Assembly: GCA_032718475.1 (NCBI GenBank)
Contig: JAUCBJ010009049.1
Span: 1 to 64,000, forward strand
Length of the DNA stretch: 64,000 bases
Reading direction: 5' to 3'
DNA from: Nemertoderma westbladi
Taxonomy: Eukaryota > Animalia > Xenacoelomorpha
Position 1 is the stretch's first letter. Every line of letters begins with the position of its first letter. Position numbers and translations under genes: made by a program. The notes under the pieces were generated by a model. It was given only the letters and a program-made list of their open reading frames with translations. It made no database searches and had not been told where the DNA came from. Positions 10,910-23,845 of the stretch are shown piece by piece.

Positions 10910-13900
10910 TGTAAAAGCTTTTGCGGATATAATCAGTCCCTTTGCCCGCGAAGTACCGTGTAGGTGTTTTAGCGGACATAAAAGCCGTTCTTTCTGTATG
11001 TGTACTTTGGCGGACATAACAAGCCACTAATGCCGCAATATGCCAAAATCCTCTTAGCATATTGTAGCCTTGATGACTCAGATTACGACATCTACCAGCT
11101 GGTTTGCTGACATGGAAACGGCCGTTGGCCCTATGGGTTCATTGTTCGGCTTAGCAGCCAATCGGGGCGATTTTCATTTTGTGTGTGGAGATAACTCTGC
11201 AAATCGTGCTGGGCAAGATCAGTGTTGGTTTTTTCCAACTTCCTGATGCCAGAACATCGGCTGTGGAATTATTCTAAGTTTCAGACTTTAGCCAAACATT
11301 AGTAGGCTTTGATTATAGAAACGTATAACTGTTATCCTGGCACCTGGCTCAACTCAAACATATCATACCATACCATACGAGTCAACAATTGGTACCAGTA
11401 CCAGTACACACCGCATTATTTTACTGCTATTTACTGTCGGTTATTAATTGTATCAGTTGATGGAATATTGTTATATTTGGAGAATATCGATAAATAACCA
11501 TAAAACCCCAATCTTCTTGATATACTGAAGGTTAGAGACCGGTTACATATAACAATTGCGACTTACATTTTATTGGTTTGGAGTGAATCTAATGCTATTT
11601 CATAGGCACTACATGAGTCAATTGCTGTTCTCTTTATGTATGATCAAATTCAGTGACGGTCGGCAGATCAGTGTGCAGTATTGTGCGGTACCGGTAGTGT
11701 GCAGGAGTGTGACTGATAACAAAGCATCTCCTAAAGAATGCGCCTTATACGTGAATCATAAGCCATACCGTTGTGTTTATTATAAATCATAACTCTGTTT
11801 ATATATTTAGAGTGCCACGTCCTAAAGGAACTGTTAATATTTCCCGAAAGTGAATAATATTAGTCAGAGATTATATATTAACGATCAATCGAATAATACA
11901 GTAGGCTTACACCGCAATAAGGTCAAAGCATCCAAATCCAGTCTTCCGAGTATATCCAGCGGGTGAATGGTCGCGCATAGGCTGGCTTCGGCTAATGTAG
12001 TGTATCAAATACTTGTCATAGGCTAAAGTCGATTTACAAACTAAAAGACACCTGAAATTAGCGGGTTAAACTGCTAAAGGTCTAAAAGCACGAACAATAA
12101 CAGTTATTGCTTCTTTATTGCAACGTAAGCAATAAAGTCGAAAGTCCGGTCGAACGGTAACCTGTACCGGTACTGCTGTAGGCCTGTAGGCCCAACTGCC
12201 CGAACCGGTACTTATAGTACAGGTATATCAGTATTATTCGATTTTGATAATTATATACCGGTAGTTCTTGATACTTAATCAGGTACTGCAGCCCTGGTTT
12301 TTTATTGGGATTTTACTTATTTCTGTCAGTTTTATTTATTTGTAAGTTAATATTGAGCAGAAGACGTGTAAGCCTGCTCAGATTGTTCAGATAATTTGTA
12401 GGCTGGACTGTTGTCTGACTGTTGTTAGGTCTGAAGAGATTGCGGTGTGTGTAGAGTGTATGTCCGATAAAGTACCAGTTAGGAATGTAGGGGCATCTTG
12501 AGTTGTAAGGTAAATCCCCCCCGAAAGAAAAAGTCGTACTACTAGGTTAGAACTCATACTAACTAACCTTTTCGGAATCTGCATATACTGTAGTTTATTT
12601 AGGCTTGATAGTAGTCTGCCAACGTTTAGTCTGTATTTTGTTTGTGTAGTCTGTGCAGGTACCGTAATATTTATTATTCAGACAATTTGTAGGCTGGATT
12701 GTTGTCTGGCTGTTGTTAGGTCTGAAGAGATTGCGGCGTGTGTAGAGTGTCTGTCCGATAAAGTACCAGTTAGGAACGTAGGGGCATCTTGAGCTGTAAG
12801 GTAAATCCCCCCCCGAAAGAATAAGTCGTACTACTAGGTTAGAACGCATACTAACTAACCATTTCGGAATCTGCACATACTGTAGTTTATTTAGGCTTGA
12901 TAGTAGTCTGCCAGCGTTTGGTTTGTATTTTGTTTGAGTATTCTGTACGGGTAGCGTAATATTTATCATTCAGAGTTTATGCGATTATTCGTAACATTCA
13001 TATCCCCAAGTTTATTCCTACAGTAATTGTGCTTGTTATACATACCGTTATAGTTAAATTAACCCCGGTACTACATCAGGGCTGCTCGGCGTAGGTAAAG
13101 ACTGGTGATTTTGTGCTCTGGTCACTCCGGCAGATACCGTGGTTCTTTTAGCTGTACAAGTATTTTTAACTGCTGGTTATTTGTTATACAAGTACTTGTA
13201 CCTAATTTAGGGTTTAGTGTACAGTGCTTTCCGAAGGTAATTAGTGTGTAGGCAGTATATTTGTGTTATAAAGTGGTTAATAGGCACGTTGGCTCTGGTA
13301 GGCCATGGTAATTAACTTCTAGGTGGGAACACTCCGTGAAACATAACGTAGTACTTATAGCGATACGGCTATAAGTTGTCAGACGGTGGTATTTTCCTAT
13401 CTGGACAACGCAATATATTTACTACTGCATATTATTTTCAAATACCGTAGTATCCTGTCCGTTGTAATAACCAGATGTTCTAACCCTTTGTTAGGCTGGT
13501 TTGTAGATTCCCTGTAAAATTAACCCTAAAAATTCGTAAGTGTAATTTTTTGTGTTTATTTAGAGATTGTTATCTCACCCGTATTGTACGTAATCTGTAG
13601 TAATAAGTAACTTAGGCATGTATAATTATTTGTTTTAGTGTCCAACAAGTAGCACCGCACTGAGAGCATATAGCTTATGTGCAGTAACTCCTTCTCAGAA
13701 ATAATAACATTTATTTCAAATATTGTAACAAAACCCATTAAACGGGTATATATATATTATAAATCAACTCAAATAGATTTATAAAATAGTAGGCCTGTCA
13801 TACAACAATTAGGTCTTAATATCAGTTGGACTACTGCTTAAATAACGGTAATAAAGTAAAGTAAAGTAACTAAGTAACCCTTAAAATTCAGAAATTCAAT

Positions 13901-14306
13901 TATTCTAAAATAATTGACATACTGGTATTTACAATAGGCTTATTATATTTATTCTATAAATCTAAACTGAAATTATATACCGGTATTCTGTAATTAATTC
14001 TAGTCTATAATTATACTTATATATACTATAAGTGTAAGCTGTATACCGGTATTCACGATAGGCTTATTATATATTTATATATATTTGTGCTGAAATTATA
14101 TACCGGTATTCTGTGACAAACCTAGTCTGTAATAATACTTATATATACTATAAGTGTATACCGGTATTCTAAAATATTGTGTATATATATCACGTTACAC
14201 TGAGTCACAGTATCGATAATTAATTACTAGGCTAACAGTCATACTGAATTACTAGACTTGCTTTAACTGTAATTATAGCAGTAGGCATTCAACTGTACAA
14301 ACAAAC
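10910..14306 (+). promoter_or_regulatory. Family A 5' LTR plus leader (LTR/PBS boundary not determined)
   Basis: Starts with TG. Homologous to A2 45832-48871 from ~11283 onward. Contains a ~290-bp tandem duplication and TACCGGTA-rich repeats. Confidence 0.8.
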
Positions 14307-17300
14307 ATGTCTGACACAAAGCAGAACCTGTCAGACAGTCTCATAGATATAACCATCTGTGACCCAGACAGGAGTGTAGAACGTGTGAGACCAAAGTTCA
14401 ACTCACCTCCTACTGTAAGAAAGGTCATCCCTCCAGTAGTAGTATCAGACCCTAGGCTAATCCAATACCGTAGGTCTATCATAGGCACCCGGGCTCAAGT
14501 CAAGCAAGATCAAGAAGCAGAAGCAGCTGTCAAACAGCAGCAACACCCTAGCCAGGAACTTATTTCTCAGCGGCCTGACAGCTCCAGTAGTTCGGATACT
14601 GTAGAGCTGACATCCGAGCGCGGAGCAAAGATGGCAGATGCGGTTTATTCGGATTCTCTTCTCATCCTTCCTGCAGCCGTACTCACTAGGGTATTGATTG
14701 CGGTGGATGAACACCAAATTTATTGGGCAAGAGGTAGGCGATCCACCAAGGATAGTTATACGGGATACACAAGGGAGGAACTGAAGTCTATTGTCGAGTC
14801 GCAATGGAACTTCCCCGAACCCGGACTCCCATTTGACTTATCAGAAGCTGCCTGGGCAGAGCTGGCTGAGCGCACAGCCCATAGAGAATCAACAGACACT
14901 ACCCTCTCTCAAGTGGAAAGCGAAGTGACAGCAGAGAAACCGCAGACGAGGGACGCTATAGACATCTATCTGTCAGACTATCAAAGATTTCTAGGTGATG
15001 AAGAGTTGAGGAGACGGCTGGCTGGACTTCGCCCTAATAGTGAAGGAGCCAAGCTTGTGTTGGACGAAATAGATGTGTAAATGTTAGCTGCAAACCAAGC
15101 TAAATTTGATGAATGCCTCCGCATCGCTAGAGTCCAAGAAGAACAAGTGAAGAAAAAACGTATAGAAGACAGAAAGACAGCAGCAGCGGCAGAGGCAGAA
15201 GCGGAAAGAAAGGCGGCGATAGCAGCGGAGGACATAGATCTCGTCTAAGTAGGCGTAGAAGAACGTCTCACTGTCAGAAATTGCCTAATTTGCCCCCAGC
15301 TGTTAGAAGGCAAATAGCTAGCACAGACTTAGGAAGTACAGAACCCACAGACCAAATTATTAGGGCAGTAAGACTCCCTACTATAGTAGATGAGCCTGAA
15401 ATAATTAGGCCTGTTCTTGAAGCCACCCCTTCGGTGATAGAGACACATGTACTCCCCGAACCTACCTCTAAATTCCCTTTGCATAGCACTAAATTGCCTG
15501 TGCCCAGCGGAACAGCCAATGAGACAGTTCCTGTCCTGGACTCCGAGCGAAATATCCATGATTTTTCGCCTGTTGTTTCCCGTCCACCCGCTACTATGTT
15601 GGCGACACCCGCTTCAGCGGTCGAGTGGGTGGATGAGAGACGGCGGGGGATGGATCTCCTGCTCGGGCAGATGCAGGAGACTGTTCAGCAGTTCAAGGGC
15701 ACAGTAAGGGAAAGTAGGTTAGAGTTGCAAGAAGTGCAGCAAAGTATTGCGTTAGAACGCGATAAATTAGTAAATATACAAAAGGGTATACCACCACCCC
15801 CTGTAACCATGTGTCAACCTGTTAGGTCTGAAGTATTTCATGCGCAAGGTGTGGAGCCTACACGCATCTATACTGCTAGTGAATTAGAAACTCCTATAGT
15901 AAACCCTATTAAGGGTAATTATAAACCTGTTGATAATAATATTCCATATAGACCTGATGATAATCCGAGAAATTTATATACCGATAACTCGATATTAAAT
16001 AACACGATGGCCCAAGAAAGCTTTACGCGTCAAATGGCTAGAACCGAAGCCCGTCAAGCGGTCAAAGTTGGAGAGATCGTCAAGTTCAATGGAGATGAGA
16101 TGAAAAGGTTACCTTTTAATGAATATTACAAAGATAACATACAGAACTCTGTACTATCTAACGGAGAGAAACTTAGATTCCTCAGCGAGTGTTTGGAAGG
16201 ACCTCCCAAGTTAATGGCGTTAAAGTTTATTGGACATCCAGATGGATTAAAACAAGTTTGGGATACATTAAACATCAGGTATGGTAATAGGAATAACATA
16301 GCTAGGTATTTGTATGCAAAATTGGTAGCCCCCCGAAAGTTCATTAGTAGCGGGATTATAGAGTTTTCCGATGAGATTCAGGAGGTCTGTAGACAATTAG
16401 ATTGGCTAGGTAAGTCTCATGAATATCAGAGTTCCATGGTTATTGGAGCCGTGGCCTCTACTTTACCAAAGGGTGGAGTAGGTACACGCTGGGACAAGAA
16501 AGTGTTATATATGATGGAGCAAAAACGACGAGACCCTACCATGGCTGATCTCATGTCATTCTTAGATGGAGAAGTAAAATTACAACTCCTAAAGCAGTCC
16601 AGAGAGAAAACACCAGAAAATAAGGTAAGTGAGAAACCCGTTTCTAGGAGAAAGGTAACACCAGTGTGTTATATCGACAACGGCAAAAGCCAAGCTTCTC
16701 AAGAAGAGGACAGGAAAGACACTGAAAGATCTTACACCGACAGTGAGTCCCCTTAACTACTCTTGACAGACAACCATCTTGGAAAGCACCAACTTCCAAC
16801 GTATAAATCCGATAATTTCCCATAGTGCAGTTGAGAGTCCACGGTCCTGACAAAAGTTATATAGTGAACGCCCTCCTTGACTCTGGCAGCACAGGAACAT
16901 TCATCGACAAAGAACTAGCCAAAGACATCTTTGCTGGACAACCCAAGTTCCGAACTAAGTTAAACATGTCAGGAATTATGCAGGTTTGGAAATCTACAAT
17001 AATTGCAGATTATTATGTAGGTGCATTGTCCACCCCCCAGGATGAATTAGGAGAACACAGTATAAGGTCAGTAAAAATGGTGGCGATAAAGAACTTGGCT
17101 ACCAGCCAAGTGGAACCTTATAACTGGGACGAGGACGAGTGCACCCAGCAGCTTAAGATACCTAGATTCAACACAGACTACCCTGGAGTGCAAATACTCA
17201 TCAGCCAAAACGCGCATGAGGCACTAGAGACATTGGAGAAACGGCCTGCTCAACCGCAACCACTACAAACCTATGTGGGAAGAACTAGAGTAGGTTGGTA

Positions 17301-20300
17301 CTTTGCTGGCCCTTCAAAAGTTAATGCTTACTTTAACCAGCGTTTCAGACATGTCTGAAGTTATAAACTGCAAAAACTAATTTCTGCAATGCAAAGAAAT
17401 TAAAGCTTTTAATTAAATGAAAATAGCAAATATTTGTTTACCTCTTAAATTAGAAAGCTTAATTTATTAAAATTGATAAAAAAATGTCAAATATTGAAAT
17501 ATAATTAAGAAACGTCTCCATTGATCACAAAATAGTGTTTAAATAGAACCGTCACCGAATATTCTAAAAACGCGAAAATCGGAGTGGAGAGGAAGCGAGC
17601 AGAGTGGAGTAGGGGGGGCGGGCCGTACCTGAAATCGCAAAGGGCCTGAGCGCGTGGGCGCGAGGATTGAATCAAGGTAAGAACCCGGGTTTTAAATGTG
17701 CAGGAAAAGCCAAAGAACGGGTCTACCAAGTAAAGGAATGGGAAGAGGAGAGCAGTGAGGTGGACGACCCAACTGAGGGAACACCATACTCCTCAGATAA
17801 TGACGATATCCACCAACTCTTCGACGAAGAGAATGCAATCGACCTCCTTACGGAAAACGAAACTTGGCAAAACCAAGTGAACCTATGTCAACTCATTCGT
17901 CCATCAGGACAAATCAACTATAACGACGAACTGAATGACGTGATAGATCGCTACAATGCGAGGACTCGAGATGAACACGCCGTACGATTCTTTACTCAAG
18001 AGGCTGTAGAGCCCAACTCCTACGATAAGGCCCTATCGGTAGAAGAAGAAAGAGCCAAGCAGATCCAGGAGACAACTACACGTTTTCTTAAAGATCAAGG
18101 TAGATATGAAATCGGTCTACCATTTCGAAAGCGAGAACCTAAATTTATAAACAATCGACCCTTGGCAGAGAAAAGAATTGCGCAACTACATCGACGCCTT
18201 ACGGCAAATGCTTCAGCTAAAGAAATGTACAAAACTCAGTTGAAGAAATTTATTAACAAAGGATATGCGGAGCGAGTACCGGAAGAAACACCCATAACTG
18301 AGAGAACGTACTATCTAACACATCATTACGTTCCCAAACCCGGTAAACCCCATGAAGTCCGTGTCGATTTGACGGCTCCGCCCTATACATGGGCCAATCC
18401 CTCAATTCCGAGTTGTTACCAGGACCCAACTTACTCCAATCCTTGTTGGGAATACTCTTAAGATTACGACAATATTCCATCGCTTTCGCCTCCGATATAG
18501 AAGGAATGTTCTTACAAGTCAAGGCGCTGGATAGGGATTGAGACAGCCTAAGATTTCTGTGGTGGCCTGAAGGAGACCTCAACCAGAAACCGGTGGAGTA
18601 CTGGATGACCATCCAGGCTTTTGGGATCATCCCAAGCCCTTCAAACGCCTGCTCAGTAGTGCGGACCACTGCTGATGACAACCGGGACGCCTTCTCTAAA
18701 GAGGTGATTGACAACATCAAACGGGATATATACATGGACGACAATTTAAAGTCCCTCCCATCAGTAGAAGAAGCCATTGATGTCGCCAAAGGAACGGTAG
18801 AGTGCTTGAAAAGAGGTGGATTTCGATTGACTAAATTCACCAGCAACTCCCGTGAGTTTCTGGAATCGATTCCGGTAGAAGACCGAGGAGCAAAGGATCT
18901 AGACCTGATCAAGGACGATCTTCCAGAAACCAAGACGCTTGGTTTGAAATGGTACACAGAGAGAGATATCCTGTTTTTTCAGCTAAAACAGCAAGATAAT
19001 CAAGTTCGGACTAAACGGATTTGTTTAAGTATCCTGAGCACTTATTTCGATCCATTAGGATTTATTAGCCCAGTTATATTGATTGCTCGGAGTTTAGTAC
19101 AACAAATGTGGCTTGAAAACCACTCATGGGACGATCCACTTAAGGGAGAACTATTAAAGAAGTGGATGAAATGGGAAGATTCTCTACCATCAATCGAGAA
19201 CTTTATAATTTCACGTTCATATTTTGGACATGTTCTCCCTACGTATTCCTATCAACTCCATGTGTTTGGAGATGCCAGCGATATGGGAATAGGTATAGTA
19301 GCATACCTCAGAGTTGAAACTCCGGATGGAATCAAAGACGCCTTGGTTACCTCTAAGGCCTTGATTAACAACAAGTTGAAGGTTCCTCGAGCGGAGTTAA
19401 AAGCGGCTCTATACGCTACAGCCATCAGCCGGAATGTAACAGGACAGATCGATTATCCACTGGAGAAAACTGTTTATTTGACCGATGCTTTACTCGCGTT
19501 GGAGTATATAACCAATGAAGTCTCTCAGTTCAGCGTCTTTGTTACCAACAGAGTAGCCATTATTCTTAGTCGCACGAAGATAGATCAATGGAGATATTGC
19601 CCTGGTACGATTAATCCAGCCAACATCGCCTCCAGGGGAGCAACTCCACAGGAACTGATAGATACTCCAGACTGGTTCGGTGGACCCGACTTCCTGAGCA
19701 AGGAAGAGGATGAATGGCCTCCTCACCTTACTACGGCGGAGATTAGACAAGCCAAGGGAGCGGAGAAAGTCAAACCTAAAACCCGGGCGAGTAAATCAAA
19801 GTTATTTAAACCTGTGATAGATCTGTCGGTACTACACACTTCCGAAGACGACGCTTTGGATCCACAATTCCCCGCCACAAATAATAAGTCTGTTGTGGAA
19901 ATCAGAGAGAGAGATTGGAAATCTGGAACGCCAGACGTCTCGCAAGGACTCTCACCCCGGCTGCAGAGAGCGATACATCACTAGAATTCCTGGAATCGGC
20001 TCTGTAAGGCTGTTACATATTTAAAGCGATGTTTTCATCATCGCTCGCTTTGGAACTAGTAACACGATGAAATCTGATAAGGGAACAAACTTCATTGGTG
20101 CCAACAATGAAATCAAGGCTTACGTCAAAGATTGGAACCAAAGACAGGTGGACGATCAGCTAAGGGTAACAGCGTCTAGCTGGACCTTCAACGCCGCCAA
20201 TGCCCCTTGGTGGGGAGGAAGTTGGGAGAGATTAATCAGGAGCGTGAAGACCGCATTTCACTTTATAGTGCCGTGCCGCGCGTATCTCACCGACGAACTT

Positions 20301-20888
20301 TTGCGGACGTTAATGGAGGAAATCGCAGCCTATCTCAATGAGAGACCGCTTATGCCAGTCTCATCGAGTCCCGATTCCCTGGAAGTGCTAACACCCACGC
20401 ACTTCCTACTGAAAAAACCTGTAGCCATGCTCCCACGATCGGAAATCACAGACAGAGACGAATACTGCCAGCAAACTTGGCAACTTATGCAGTTGTTATC
20501 CCGTCGTTTTGCTGACCAATTCGAAAAACATTCTCTGCCCACGCTACAACTTCGAACTAAGTGGTTTGCGCAGCAAAAAAACGTCAGCGCCGGAGACATG
20601 GTCCTTATTATGGATTTAGATCTTCCACGTAAGCGGTGGCAGACAGGTCGTATTATCGAGACTCATATCTCGGATGATGGTTTAGTGCGATCGGTAGAAC
20701 TCGTCGTCATGCAACGTAACTTTAAGAAACCGGGAATTGTCTTCGAGACGCAACAGCTCAACCGCCCAATTGGTCGTTTATGTTTACTGGAAAAAAACAG
20801 AGAACTCTCCGGAAACTATGGAAGGCAAGATACTCTTCCCACGATCACTTCCCTAATCCAACCAACATCTAGGGGCTCCCCAACGTAA
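14307..20888 (+). pseudogene. A1 gag-pol (Gag, aspartic protease, RT, RNase H, partial integrase)
   Basis: Motifs KFNGD..EKLRFL..CLEG (Pao Gag), LLDSGS, YYLTHH, IYMDD, HVFGDAS, NPA.IASRG, SDKGTNF, WWGGSWERL and LTP.HFL. Relative to A2, deletions remove the Gag knuckles and the integrase N-terminus. Confidence 0.95.
17315..17717. other. Unidentified insertion in A1 pol
   Basis: Absent from A2 at ~53125-53160. AT-rich left half, GC-rich right half. Confidence 0.6.
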
Positions 20889-22593
20889 TAACGTCAAGAG
20901 TGGGTGTGTGACTATATTATTTCATCTATTTTATTATTTTATATTTATATACCGGTATGTATTATTATGTAAATTTATTATAATCGTTTTTCTTTAATTT
21001 TATTTAGTAGAATGTTATTTTAGCGATTGTTTAGTAGATTTGTGCAATATATATTAGTGTTTATTACTTAATTACTTATATATTATATATTTAGTGCGAC
21101 GGCAAGAAATAATTATTTTTCTCTTTCCTTACTGTCCGTATTATATTATAAATGCAAGACTACAGTAAGATGAAATGTCCGTACTTATTAAAGAGACAGA
21201 GAGTGAGAGTAAATAACTCAGGTAATACGCTAATTGGTGCTATTATAACTAATTTTTTAGTGAACTCTGTTCTGAGTGATCGGTGGCACAAGGTGCTTGA
21301 TCCAAGTTAAACGTAATTATTGTATTCGGAATACATTGTTAATTTTCCTTTATTTTCGTATTTGGTGTAATTCTACTTTAATGTGCTGTGCTGTATTTCT
21401 CAAATTTAGTTTAGTTAGTTATACCTTGTATGTACAATGGATCATTTGTGTCCGAGATTATAAATTAAATAAATTAAAGTACAATAAAGCTCCTACTATA
21501 TTTAAGTATTATTGGTAGGCAGAGTATTAGGAATGCAAAGTTCAGATCCTCGTGTCTCGGCTAAACCAAGCTCTGGGTAGACCTTGGAAACGACTTCCCT
21601 CTTCACACTGACATTGCTTCGTGCGATATTGCTCTCATACCGTATATTAAATAATACATATAGTAGCGTGATGTCCCTTTAATAGTAGCGTAAAACGCAA
21701 AATAAACCTGTTAAACCTTTTGACCATCTGTAATTCTAGTCGATTAAGATATCGCGGTACCCACCGCTATACTTGAAAGACAATAATTTAGAGTCAGTGG
21801 TTAACGTCCCCAGACAAGTTCTGGAATAAAATTGTGTCTATTCCAACATCAAATAATAAAATTTACGGGAATAAATTTAAATTCATCTCTTTTAATGAAT
21901 TTGATAAATTGTCATTTTATACAATTTATAACATCCCCAAAATTCCATTAATTAATAGATCATGGGAGCAGAGATTCACCCTATTAAGTGTATTAGAGTG
22001 TGAGAATCTCCAATATTGACTATATTATAGTCAATAGCCGATAAAATTCATAAAATCATGTATAAAGAGGATATTGACAATTAAAGAATTACTATTAAAT
22101 AGCAGCCCAGATCTGTATGCATGAGAATTACCCTAATTCTACTGCTAGATTTCCATAATGTCACCATAGCAACAACCACGCTAGAATTAGAAGTGAGTTA
22201 AAAGAACAATAGAAAGTTTGCCCCATTGAATAGCACAGGGAATAAATAGCACACTGTTAGTATCCAAGGATACATAATAATAACGTGGCATTCTGGAAGG
22301 CACTGACTAACGGACAAATGGCCCGTTTGTGTACAATTGGTGACAGTTGTGTGGAATTTGTGCGTTTATAGGCGAATGTTACTACTCAAGTGTGTTTACA
22401 GTAGCGAGTCGCAATTGCGAAAGTAACCCTAACTCTACCGTAAGAACCTGAAGTGAATCTAAGCCTTTGGGATGGACAGTGGAGTGACTTGTGCCGGTTA
22501 TCGTTGTCGTTGTGTAGCTACACGTTGGCGAAAACACAGCGACGACGGTACATCGGCGCTGAGGATCTTGCACTGTCCGGGGGCAGAGAGGGG

Positions 22594-23845
22594 TATTCCA
22601 CATCCTTCTTTCTTTTGCGGAGGATGTAGCAGACTTATCGGTTGCGACGGACTCCCGTCGCCCCTCTGTCCTACCAACTTTCCCCCGCCTCCCGGAACTT
22701 TCTTCAACCGACGAGACCGAATCCTCGGAGTTAACCTCAGATTCGCCCTCCTGCGGTCTCCTCCAACCCACTAATTTTACACCATGGGCATCGACTAAGT
22801 ATGGCCCTATGTACAATCTTACACCCCTACACTCCCTTAAATCTGACAGTCCGTTGGCAACCCCCCTCGCTCTCTCCTCGGCTAGTTCTCTCTGCCCAGA
22901 ACACACTAGGTGATCAAAGTATCTGTTTGACTCACCTAGTCCTTTTGTCATCTTTACCTCGTCTATCCTCGCCTCCTCCTTAGCCTCCTTTAGTAGTTCC
23001 TGGGTCGCATTGTAGGCCTGTCGAAGTCGATCGGAAACCCCGACGTCCACGTCGCCAACCTCTCCTCCATCTCTCCGGGTCCGACGTCGTACCGGCGGCC
23101 TCACCATCGCCGTTCCGGTGGGCCGTCCGTTGCCCTCGGCCTGTGGCGGGCCGGCGACATCGGTACGTCAACCGTCGTGTGTCGACTCGTCTTTCTCCTC
23201 TCCTCTCGACTCGATCTCTCTTTGTAGACGGCTCCCCTCATCTTGGATCGCCGGATCCTTCGTCGACGGATCCGGCGTCGTGGGTTGATGCCGTCTCGCC
23301 GTGGCCTCGCGGATCGTTAGATCGTCGTCCGGGGTCTGCGGCGATGTCGTCTTTCCTTCTCTACTCATCTTCGTCTTTGGTGGCTGGCAGCCACAGTCTG
23401 TCAGGGCAGTTGGTTGGATCTAGTTCTATCACTGTGACGGGATCTACGGATCCCGGTTTATCCGTTTGGGTTTTCTATCTACGTGTCCCCGCCGTGTATA
23501 TGAAAAGGTTCGTTAAGAGTTCTGATGTTCGGTAATATGTATAAAGGTATAATATAGTTGATATAGCACAGTTGAATGGATGACACGGTTACCGGTAGAT
23601 AAGTATTACATGTGATGGCGGTAGCGGACGGTGATAGAAGTCACCGTTCCACCCTACTGAACTGACTGAGTAGACTGAATGAATGCTGCATCGACCGGTA
23701 ATATATATATTGCACGGGTTTGGCCGTTGTTACTGTACCCAGTCAATGCTGTCCCCCCATTGGCTAATATCCCTGTTGGCGCCCTTTGGAGTGTTTCCGT
23801 TCACCCCAGCTATTCTCTCTCTGTCAGGGGAGTAACCCCTGACCC
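22594..23845 (-). mobile_element. Foreign segment (5' end of an unidentified element) replacing the ORF3 5' region of A1
   Basis: No similarity to A2 58640-59878. The minus strand reads a terminal hairpin, AGCCAAT, TATATATAT and CATTCAGT, then low-complexity R/D/E-rich coding-like sequence (ORF 22382-23107). Confidence 0.5.

Noticed and set aside
12387-12969. Small ORFs in the LTR/leader (also 45799-46348 and 63434-63968) and ORFs antisense to gag-pol
   Set aside because: Short, with no motifs; their recurrence is explained by LTR duplication or by shadowing of the real coding strand.
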